NCBI GenBank assembly: GCA_964247055.1
Contig: OZ176050.1
Location: 3,224,001 to 3,288,000 of the forward strand
Source of the DNA: Paragordius varius
Taxonomy: Eukaryota; Animalia; Nematomorpha
DNA: 64,000 nt
Direction: 5' to 3'
Below are positions 37,656-49,300 of this stretch, in pieces. The translations under genes and the position numbers were made by a program. Under the pieces are notes generated by a model. The model was not told the origin of the DNA. It worked only from the letters and a program-made list of their open reading frames with translations, and ran no database searches. Each line of letters starts with the position of its first letter. Within the stretch, counting starts at the first letter, position 1.

Positions 37656-40600
37656 ATGCTTATGTGTGATTCAATTAATAAAAACACCTTGCCATCATCG
37701 AATCCCTTTGATGACGATTGGAATGTACAGGCTGAGAATCTCGGTAAATTCCATTTGCCTTCAAGTTAACTTTAGTTCTTTATTATAAAATTTTTCGGTT
37801 GATATGGTTAAAAAATTTGAATAAAAATGTAAATGCATATGACTCTGAGATATTTAATACTATTATCTATTTTGTAAATGGCAAACATTTTTGGGTGAAG
37901 AGTCCAAATTGTGCGTAACAATAAATTGAAACACTTTCTTTATAAAATTGGTTGGTAATATATATTATGTAGTTTTTTTTTATATAAAATATTTTATGAT
38001 GGTAATTTTAGAATCAAATACAGCGGAATGCCAGTATTCTAGGAATCCCTTTAGCGACAACTACAAAGATCCGGAATTAGGTTTTTGGCTTAATACTTAA
38101 TCAGTGTTAATTAGAAAATATTAAATAATATGGCGACACATTTTCATACTTGGAAAATTTGCCATTGCATTTGGTATATAAAGTGGACGTAATTGCGGGG
38201 TTTATGAACAATATATATTATTGTAGAAAAATGAATCATTCATGTTGTTTTAAATTTTTTGGGGTACGAGTTATATAATAAAGTTATTTTATTTTAGTGT
38301 GATTGGTATATATCGATGAATTTTTAAGTAAACAAAATTAATTTACAATTATTTAGATTCAAATGAAATGAATAAAACATTCTCTACGAATCCATTTGCC
38401 GATAACTATAGGGAGCCCAGTTTATTAGGTTATATTTTATTTAATTATTTAATTTATTGTTTACAATATAATTCTCCATATTTTCGCTAAAAATTTGTCG
38501 GTTTAAGTAAAAAGTGATTATACCAATTACAGCACCCTTATTAACCCTTGAACAATCTAAATATACCCTAAAATATTACGTGTTAAAATCTATATTTTTT
38601 ATATTTTATAAATTGAAAATCAACGTAACAGAAATAATAATACTATGACAATTCGTATCAATGATGAGCTATATTAGTGCCCGTTAAGGGTGAATATGAA
38701 TTGTTCTAGGGTCAATTTAAAGTGCAATGGTATGTTTTTGATAATTACCACCTTAAACTTTTACCCTAGAAAGCTGTAAAAGATTATTTAGCACTTGGTT
38801 AGAGATTTGGGCCAACACTTTGTTAAAGATCTGTCGAGATATATTTTTTATTGGATTCCTAATATCTCATAAGTTTGTGATAAAACTTGCTTATTGAATT
38901 TAATTATGTATTTATTCAATAATAAATTTTATAATTTTATGTATCATAAAACTAAACATGACGTTATATTATGATTGCAGATTTCAATCCCTTTCTATGT
39001 ATTGCATCCGTAAACCGCCAACACGTAAACAATGAAAAACCGAATTTTGAAGAAATAAACTTTGCAGAAACTAAAGAGTTTCCCTTCCTCACTGAAAGTT
39101 TACATAATCAAATGGAGGAAGGGGTCTTATCATCACATGGTAAAATATTTATGAAATTAAATGATACTTTTAACAAAAAAGGCCCATAACACAGTTGGCT
39201 TTAAATTTCTAAAACTGGTGAATGGATATGTATAAAATAATAATTAATTAAATAATATTTATTATATTTAAATTACATCCAGACTCAAAAATGAAAAATC
39301 AAAACACTTCACCTTTGAAACGAGCATTTAACAGGGCCTTTGGGGGCCGCCACCCCCAGAGCGCTTCTGGAGAATGTGGAAACGAAAATAAGATATCTCA
39401 AAAGGTAAATAGCAATAAAAAGAATATGTTCACCATATGTTTTGGATCCAAAAAAGAAAACTCAGAGTTAAAAACAAATGGAAGCCAACTGAAAGATATG
39501 GAACTATGCAAAATATCGTTTTCGAAAGACAATTCATCTAATGGAGACACTTGGGGCTGCCACCCTCAGAATGCTTCTGGAGAATGTAGAAACCAAACTA
39601 AGGTATCTCAAAAGGTAAATAGCAATAAAAAGAATATGTTCATATGTTTTCGATCCAAAAAAGAAAATTCAGAGTTGAAAACAAATGCAAGTCAACTGAA
39701 AGATATGGAACTATGCAAAATATCATTTTCGAAAGGCAAATCATTTAATGGAGACTCTGGGGGCCGCCACCCCCAGAGTGCTTCTGGAGAATGTGGAAAC
39801 GAAAATAAGATATCTCAAAAGGTAAATAGCAATAAAAAGAATATGTTCACCATATGTTTTAGATCCAAAAAAGAAAACTCAGAGTTAAAAACAAATGAAA
39901 GCCAAATGAAAGATATGGAACTATGCAAAATATCATTTTCAAATGACAAATCATCTAATGGAGACGGGGGCCGCCAACCCCAGAGCGCTCCCTTCCATAC
40001 AAACCAGAATGAAGGAAAAAAAGTCAGTAATTATAAAATGAGATTAAGTTGTCTATTTCCCTTTTTCAAGAAAAACCAAGATGAAGAAAAGTTAATTAAA
40101 TTTAACATTCATGATTCAGTAATTTTATCATCGACAGAATCTATTTCCATTGGTCACCATGGTATGATTTTTATCAAATTAATTCGTGAATTGTTTTGCC
40201 TGACACTGACAAATTTTATGACATTATAAATATCGGTAGAAATATATCCAATATTTAAACTATTGATAAATGAGTAAAAATAGAAAATTAATACTATATC
40301 TGTAATATTGTCAACTCAATCTAAATATACTAAAAAAAAGCGAATATTGAGAATTTTTTAGTTATTTTACCATAAACTACATTTTTTGTCAAAAAAATGT
40401 TTAAAATATTAATTAATATTTTGTTACTTTGAATCAACCAAAAATTAATAAAAGAACGTGTAATTCATATATTATTTTACATGCCATCAGATATCGAAAT
40501 CAATAAAGCTAAGTTTCAATGCAGTCAACCGTCGAGTACCAATTTACCCAACGAAAGGAAGGATAATTATAGTTAATGGAAGATAACCTTAATAAATATA

Positions 40601-40656
40601 AAATTATATATTTCTGTATAGTTTACACCTTATTTCCAGATATAGCCAAATCCTGA
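37656..40656 (+). CDS. Orphan low-complexity protein with four NPF motifs and three ~70-aa tandem repeats, ~454 aa
   Basis: Exons 37656-37743, 38012-38080, 38357-38428, 38981-39139, 39283-40161, 40491-40571, 40640-40656; all introns GT-AG phase 1; frame continuous. Last two exons less certain. Confidence 0.6.
38530..38724. mobile_element. Third copy of the 21-bp-subrepeat MITE
   Basis: TA|CAGCACCC...CCCTTGAACAATC / GGGTGAATATGAATTG arms; same core as 23728. Confidence 0.55.
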
Positions 40657-41329
40657 TATATAGCTAAAAACAATTATTCATTTCATTTTAAGTATTAAAA
40701 TATGCATAATGACCATATTATCATTTGATAGCAATATTCTCTATCAAGCAACAAGATGTTACCAATTGATGTAATTAATAATCTAAAATTGTTAAACTGT
40801 GTTTCGGTTTGGGCATTAAGTAACCTTTAATTTAGAATTAAAAGATATATAAGGCTTTCTATAATATAAATACCCTCATTTTTAAAAATATTCGCATTTT
40901 TTTAATGGTAAAATGATAAAATTCCAAAAATTTTGAAAAAAATGAATTTTATGAGTAACACTCTGTCTTTATGACTGGTACTCAAATCGCGGAATAGGGC
41001 TTTTAGACCTAAAAGTTGCCCTAAATTATTTGTTATGTTTTTTGATGTAATTTTAGGTATAATATTGAAATGTGAACGGTTATGAAATATTATCATATAG
41101 GGAGTACGCCTTTAAAAAAAGTATTGCCCCTTTAATTTTATTAGACAACAAATTTTGATTTTTTAAGTTCCTTAGAAATTAATATTTATTTTATTAAAGT
41201 ACATAAATAGTATATCTAAAAAAATGGCCTAACACCTAAGAATTTTTTTTATTAGGGTTTAGCGAAATTTTTTGGCTTAGATATAATTAACACAAAATTA
41301 TAAATAAAAGTTTTACATAGAGTACCATA

Positions 41330-44300
41330 TATTATTATATCATTCGAAATAGCGCAAAAAACTAAATCTTTCGCATAGTTATTTAAATCAATCTGATGTT
41401 AAAGTTATTTGGATATATGTGTCAAGATCTTTATATAAGTTAAAAATTTTAACAGAAACTAATCCAAAAATTATATAAATTATATTATAATTAATAGGGT
41501 TACATTAGAATATTTAAAAAAATCTCTAAAAAAGTTGGTTTGCTTTTTTAATAAAATTATTATTATAATATTTTACCTATTGGATACTACATTCCATAGT
41601 TACAACTGTAAATTTATTAATATCATAAAAGATTAAGAGTGCCTTTAACTTCTAATCTTTGAAATTGTGAAATTGATGCCAAAAATAATGAAATTGATAT
41701 GATAATAATTTTTAAGAAATAAAATAAAAATGACTGTTCATAATGACATAATAGCAATAAAGTGTTTTAATTAAAAATATTTTCTTGTGTATTCTTTTTT
41801 AACATTCATTGCCATATCGACAAAGTTTGAGTCATTTTCATTATTGTTTAGAAAATATATTAATTAAGAAAAAGGCTCTCGATTCGCTGGTTTGACGCTT
41901 GCTGAATCCAATATTAACCATCGATGTAAATTATATTAGTATGCATTTTATAGAGTTTTCATAACTTTTTCGAATGATATATTACAAATGGGCATTTGTT
42001 GTATATTTTCAGAGAAAAACATTTTTTGTTAAAATTTAAGGGGACATACATATAAAATATCAAAATATGCAAAATTCTTAGGCGGAATTATTTTTATTTT
42101 AGATTTACTGTTAAAATGATAGTAAATTTTAGAAAATGCAAAAAACTCGAGCGGTTGAAGAAATAGTTGTCTAGTGTTATGAGTACCATAGGAATAAATC
42201 ATGGAAATTAAATATAAAATAAATTCATGATAAAAAGAAAAATCTTTGGGAGATTTATAAAATATTCATATGCTTAATATCGAAAAATTGCAAAAGTTTT
42301 CACATATGGCCATTAAATTTTTTTTTAAAAATTAATCAAACTCAAAAACACCAAAAACATCCTCTATATTAGCATAGCTTAGTTATTTTACTTTTGGATG
42401 TCGGCTCTAGAATTTTCATTCTTTTAGCCCTTTCCAAAATGGATTGATATTTTATAAATAAACCCAAAAAAAACGAGATAACATGATCTAAATATATATT
42501 ACATGGTAATTTTCGTAATAATACTATTTTAATAAAAATTTTGTTGAAAGGTATTTTATGGTATTTAATCATAGTTAAAACCGTGAATATATACTTAAAA
42601 ATATATTTCCATTAATTCGTCCATTATAAAAGGTCAGTTTGCTTCTATATTTAATTTTCTTGTCTCCATGCCACAATATACGCTTCAACAAAATCCCAAC
42701 AATAATTTTTAACGATACTTAACTTTTTGATATCAAATCTACATCATATATATTGTTACAATAATAGTCCATTTTAAAGAGGAATAAAGACTAACCCATT
42801 TAAATTTTGTATTGTTTTACCTTTTAAATAGAGTTTATGATGGCAATCATATTTTTTGCAATGAACTATTTAGCTTTATCAAAAAAATTTATTTAGCATA
42901 TTTGCGCAAATTTGATTCTATGAATTACTCTCCATTTAACCAAAACCACTATAAAAATTTTAATGTATTTTTTATTAAAAATATATATTTTTTGTTTTCC
43001 TGCACTTATTTTCCTACGATGTAAACATTTGTGCTTTTTACCGTATATTTTCCTCAGAATTATGCGCCATGAAATTTGTAACAATATTTATGGGTTATTA
43101 TCAACTTATAAATCTAAATCTATTTTGACGCTATCAATATCCAACACAATTAGTATTGCTTAAATCAAAAATATTATAAGATTAGTTTAATCACATCTGT
43201 TGTTGTAGTTTAATTTTGATTTATTGCTATTTCAAGGTGTAATGCCCGAATTGGCTAGGAAATTGAGTTTCGATTATAAGAGTGCAAAATAATAGAAAAA
43301 ATATTTAATCATATGGTTTTATCACACTATATATTATTTGCAAGTTTCACTCTATTAACCATCTGCCATAACAAACCATGTACTTTTAATCGTTTTAGTT
43401 TAATATTTTTTATATCTAAATATATGACTAATCGGCCTATGAAAACAATAACCCAAAGTGTAAAGTAATCCATACTATATTTTGATTATCCTGATTTTAT
43501 GCACTAAATAATTCAATGCTGAACATTTTTTTAACACATTTGTTCGCCTTCTTGTTCAAAAGGAATGTAAAAAGCACAATTTTTTAAATTTGGAGATAAA
43601 TGGGTCTTTGTCACTTTAAGGTGATACGATCGTCATCGAATTATATAAAAAAGGGTATTTGTCGTATAGAAATTTTTCTATGTTGATACTCTCTAATAGC
43701 ATAAAATGTGGGTTCATCAAAATTTTTATAAAAATTAGATTTAATATTTTTAGCATGTATGTTAAAATGTTATTGTGCAATCTTGACACTATAGCATCCC
43801 ATATGAGAGGGATCCAGAATTTAACACCGGAACCCACATCTATTATTTAATATAAATATTGTTTTGCTTTACAAGTGTCATATAATATATATTTTGTTAA
43901 TGTTTTTTGGATTGTAGCGTCCAGATTCCACCAAAAATACGTTTAGCATAATGTTAGCCAATTTTGCTATTTTTCCATAGGGAGCATCTGGCTTAAATTA
44001 ATATTTTTTAAATGATTCGCAAAAACTCAATGCACCATTCTTGATCCATTTTTTGCGCTCAATTAATATATTTCCCGGTTTTATTTTTAAATCAAAGGCA
44101 ATCAAACAAAATGGTATCAGTAAAAATATTTTTTACAAGAATATAATGTTTTTTTTAAATGGATACTTGATTTGAATTATAAATTAATTATAATATAATT
44201 AGAACTTGACACAATCAATCATTTATCAAAACTTTTGGCAGAATAATTTAATTGGTCAAAAACAAATTTAATATAGTGTAACTAAAACCTCGCGATATGA

Positions 44301-45530
44301 ATCCTCTAATCTAATATATTATGTCTAAAGAAAATAAAAATAGGAATAATGATGATTAATTTTGTAAATCGGTAGTTCGCTTGCCATTTGTCATCTTATA
44401 GATTATAACTCCCATTGTGGTCATAAATCAATTAGTTTGAGCGTCCTATTTATATCAATTATTTACACATTTTTTACAGTTTTTAGTATTATACGTTTCA
44501 TTGCATTTGTTATAGCCTAAGAAGAATGATACGTCCCCCTGACCAGAGGCGTGTAAAACCGTAGCAAGGTGGTAAGGGTCGTCCTGTGTGGACAGTGACC
44601 CCTTTTCTGAAAAAATTGAGCTTGATTTACTTTACAACGAATTAAATATTGAATTTAATTTTTCGATTTCCAATTCATAGCTAGTTTTTTATTTAATTTT
44701 GCCAGATATCATATACAACACAAGAAAATTACACTGGACAACAAATTTTTCTGCCATTCGAGTTTTTTGCATTTTCTGATATCTCGATGGAATAATTTTG
44801 TATAATTTATTTTTTTAATTATGCGCCCTCTTTATCAAAATTTAACTAAAAAATGTTTTTCTTTGAAAATATACAAGTAATGCCCATTTGTAATATATCA
44901 TTCAAAAGAGTAATAAAAACTCGATAAAATGCATATTAATATGCATCGACAGTTAATATTGGACACAAAGAGCGACAAACGCGCGAAGCGAGAGCATTTT
45001 TTTTAATTATTATATTTTTTAAACTAGATGAAAATAGCTCAAACTTTGTTTAGATGGTGATGAATGTCCAAAAAAGTTAACACAAGAAAGTTTTTTTGAT
45101 TAAAACATTTTTTATTGCTTTTATGTCACTCAAAACAGCCATTTTTAAGTTTTTTGTTTTTTAAAAATTACCATCTCATCAATATTAATTTATTTTCTTT
45201 ACGAGGCTGATAATTAGGAAATTTTAATAAAACAAGTTTAAGGTATTTTTGATATTTTATAGCCAATATGTAATAATTTACAGTTATAACTATGCATTTT
45301 AGTATCCACTAGGTATATTTATGATAATAATAATATTTATTAAAAAAGCAAACCAAAAGCTATTTCAAACATTTTTTTAAAATTAAATACTAGATATTCC
45401 AATTAGTTTGTTTGTGAAAATTCTTGACTTATTTCGACCATTTATATCCAAATAACTTTTACATCCGACTGATTTAAATGACTTACTACCATTTAAAAGA
45501 TGCAGTTTTTTGCGCTCTTTCGAATAATAT
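41330..45530. repeat. Large inverted-repeat (foldback-like) element with ~1-kb arms
   Basis: 41330-42350 is the reverse complement of 44590-45530, e.g. GAATGATATATTACAAATGGGCATT / AATGCCCATTTGTAATATATCATTC; ~2.2-kb spacer with no intact ORF. Confidence 0.75.
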
Positions 45531-46379
45531 AAAATACATGGCTTCATATCTAAAACTTTTAATTTTCGATATTTCGAGTTTAATGTTAAATCGGGGCCAA
45601 TTATCGATAAACTCCAATATAAAAAAATTCTTCCATGCTAGACCAATTTTCTTTTCAGATATATAAATTATGTACTTTAATGAAATAAATTTTAAATTTA
45701 AAAGAATGGCAGTTAAAAAAAGTTAAAATTTGTTTTCTAGTGTTATTATTGTTGAGCAGTAAAAAACAAAAAACAATTTGCCAACAAAATTGTATAGATC
45801 TTTCTTAATCCGGCAATAAGTAGTAAACTAACAATATCTATACCATCATTTCAAATTCACCATAAAAACAAATTAGGTGTTTTTGGGAATATAACTCATC
45901 ATTAATGTATAATATATTTTTACGACATATTCATTTTTTCAGCATTATATTAATTTTCAGATATAAAGATAAAGGTTTTAAATTGTAAACAATTTATTTT
46001 AGGGCAAATTCGAATTGTTTGATGGTAAATTTGAATTGTTCTCGGGTGAATTTGAATTGTATATGGTATATAATAATAACGTATGCTATACTAAACTGGA
46101 GTAATAATCAGATAAACTCAAAGAATTTATAATTATAACCATAATAAATTAGTTTAAATTAAAGCTAGCTATCATTATATTCAGATTATTAATGACTCAT
46201 TATAAAATTGGCAAGTAAAATATGAATAATGTTTATCTAATTTATATATCGATTAACGGTTGTATGCTAATTGTCAAATAGATTAGATGTCACAAAAAAA
46301 CATTCGATATAAATAAAACATTATCGATCGGTTTTTGGGTAAGTTTTGCCTGATATTTAAATTTTTTTGTTTTTTGAAT

Positions 46380-49300
46380 ATGCTAAAATTTTTATCATTA
46401 CCGATATTAGTCTTAGTTTGTTGCCAGGGAATTCTGTCACAATGGGTAAATATTTTTTTGTAGTGCTTATAGGTTATTGTGGAGGATACATTATTAATAT
46501 CTGGTTTATTTCAGAATGCCTTGTTTAATATTTAAAAATATTTGTTGATTTTTCTGTTTATTTGCTTTAATTCTAAATAAAAATTTAATGGCGTAGTAAG
46601 GGTATAAGGGGCTAATTTAAGTCATAATAAATAAATGAATAATCTTTTATGATATAAGGGAAAAAAATAAATCCTTGATATTCTTCAATCAAGTTTTAAA
46701 AGCTTTATAAAATTTATTGCGGTTGCCTTTAAAGACTGCGAATTTTATTTGCGGGTGCCAGAAGCCGCGATGGTAGGGCGGACCCTAGAATGTCTCTATG
46801 GAGCGCCACAGTCGTAATTTTTTCATCACTTTCAATTAGCACTGGGCAGAATGTTAAAGCGTTTTACAATCCTGAAATAATTTAAGTTCTCACCCTTTAA
46901 TAAAAATGGGATATAATGTAAACTCTATAAAAAAATTATTTATATGTTCTCATCTAGACCAGACCTTACCCTATACAATATCCCCCAAGTGGTGGTGGTG
47001 GTGGTCAAATACAGATACGCCCTTTACCCAATCAGCCAGGAGGGATTCAGATATCTCGCCCAGCTGTTGTTCCATCACGTGATCGCGATGATGATGACGA
47101 CCATGATGAGGATCACGATCATGACGACGATCACGTGATTATGAGACAACAACCAATGCCTCCATTGGGTCAAGGCGGTTATCAAAGTTCGTCTTCGAGC
47201 GTTAATGCAAGGTATACAAAAAAAATAATTTTGGTTTGGTAGTTTTTTTGGCATTCTTTGGTTTCTGAGGCTGCCTGATTCTAATTTATCTGGCCGAGGT
47301 AAATATTTATTATGTTGTCATGTTGCGGTATAACAGTAAACAGTCATATTATGGCTTATTGGGTCTTTTAACTGATTCATAGGCCAAAATTTTTTTATTT
47401 CCAACCATCTTACCATATAATAATTGTATTGATAATATATGTTGAATAATAATTAAAACATTCATGGCACATTTTTAACAATCATCATAAATATTTAAGA
47501 CAATGGAATAATGGTGATGTCCGGATTATATCGATCGAAATGGTACCAGCCACTCAGCCTTATCCAATCGGGCATCCTAATATGATTTTAAATCAACAAG
47601 GGGCAGGTATTAGAACTCCTCCACCTCATATCATGCAACCAATACCAGGCGCTAATCCCTATAATCAACAATCTGGGATGGGTAAATATTATTTTTTTAT
47701 CTTTTTTACATTTTTTATTAAACATTTTCGTTCAATTTATCTCTTATGATTAAATAAATGTCTATTTGTTTAATATAGATAAATTATAAAATATTAATTT
47801 AGGAGGCGGTGGAGGATATCTTGGTCGCAGAACTTCGTATCGAGGAACGATTCGCAATCATGGTTCCTTTAATGCCCAAGATGATGCAAATAAATTGTAT
47901 CAGGCTATGAAAGGATTTGGTAAATGATAATATTATTTTTTCATTTTATTTAAAAAAATTGGAATTTTTCAGCGTTATTTTTTACAGGCAGTGTGGATCG
48001 AACCACAATATAGTAGATTTAATATCATTTATTATTATATATTTCAGGAACTGATGAAACAACAGTCATTAATATATTGACAAAACGATCGAATTTACAG
48101 AGACAGGAAATAGCTAAAACATACGAAGCCATGTTTCACAACGTAAAAAATATATTATTATAAATTTGATTTAACTAGCCTCTTTTAAAAATGCATAAAT
48201 ATTTTTTATACATAACAGAGTTTAAAGAAGGACATTAAGGGAGATTTTTCTGGAACTACGGAGGATATGTTAGTTGCTTTACTCAAACCCAGAGCTGCTT
48301 ATTTGGCTCATCTAATTCATGAAGCAGTCAGGGTTTAGTTATTTTATATCCACCTGTTCAATAATTCATATTTTATAAAAGAAAAAATTAGTTAACCCTA
48401 AAATTTTTTTTGGAGTGATGCTAACTTATTCATATAATAGTTGGTTCGGCAACAGTAGTGTATGAAAAAAGCAACAAAATAATATTTTTTTTATCTTTAT
48501 AAACATTTTATTGTTTTTTCCATACACTACTGCGTTTCCAATTGACCAACTGTAATGTGAAGCCAGCATTAAAATGTATACTGTATTATCAACTAACATT
48601 ATATAACTCAACGCATTTCATATAGTTTATTGGAACTGATTTGGGTGAATTATCTGAAACATTGTGCTCATTGAGCCCACAAGATATAGAGGAAGTTAAA
48701 AATGCTTATCGACAAAGTAATTTGTTTAATATTACCTATATATGCACATATATCAATATATGTTTTTGTTTCATTTTTATAATGTATTATTATAGAATAC
48801 AAAAAGGACTTGGTTCAAGCAATCCGAAGTGACACTTCTGGACCCGTACAAGAATTTTTACTCAAATATCTCAATGTGAGCATATCCTTAATTTTAATAA
48901 ATTGCCTTATGTTAAAAAATTAATGTTTACGTTTATTGTATAACTGTTAATATATTTTTAGTCTCAAGGTACAAGTTATACAGGACCGCAGCAAATTGCC
49001 ACGGATGCACAGGTTTTGTTATTTATTTCTGAATTGAATCTTAATACGGAAATTATTTAAACATTGTGTGTTAACGTTTCATTAATGAATCACTAGATTA
49101 TGGCATCCAAAGGGGTGAATAATATGGAAGCGAAAGAAGTCATTGATATCCTAGCCACCAGGAGCCAAAATGATTTGAAAAACATTTTTGACAAATATAA
49201 GCAAGACACAGGACGAGACTTTTTAAATATAGTTAAGGATGAAAGAACGTTGCATTATACGCAAGCTGGAAAGCTTAAGAAAGTTCTGAAAAATTATGGT

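Noticed and set aside
46944-47138. Track [11 protein letters not shown]...VVVVV...MMMTTMM as a gene
   Set aside because: It is an off-frame reading of annexin exon 2; the frame that splices into the core is [16 protein letters not shown].
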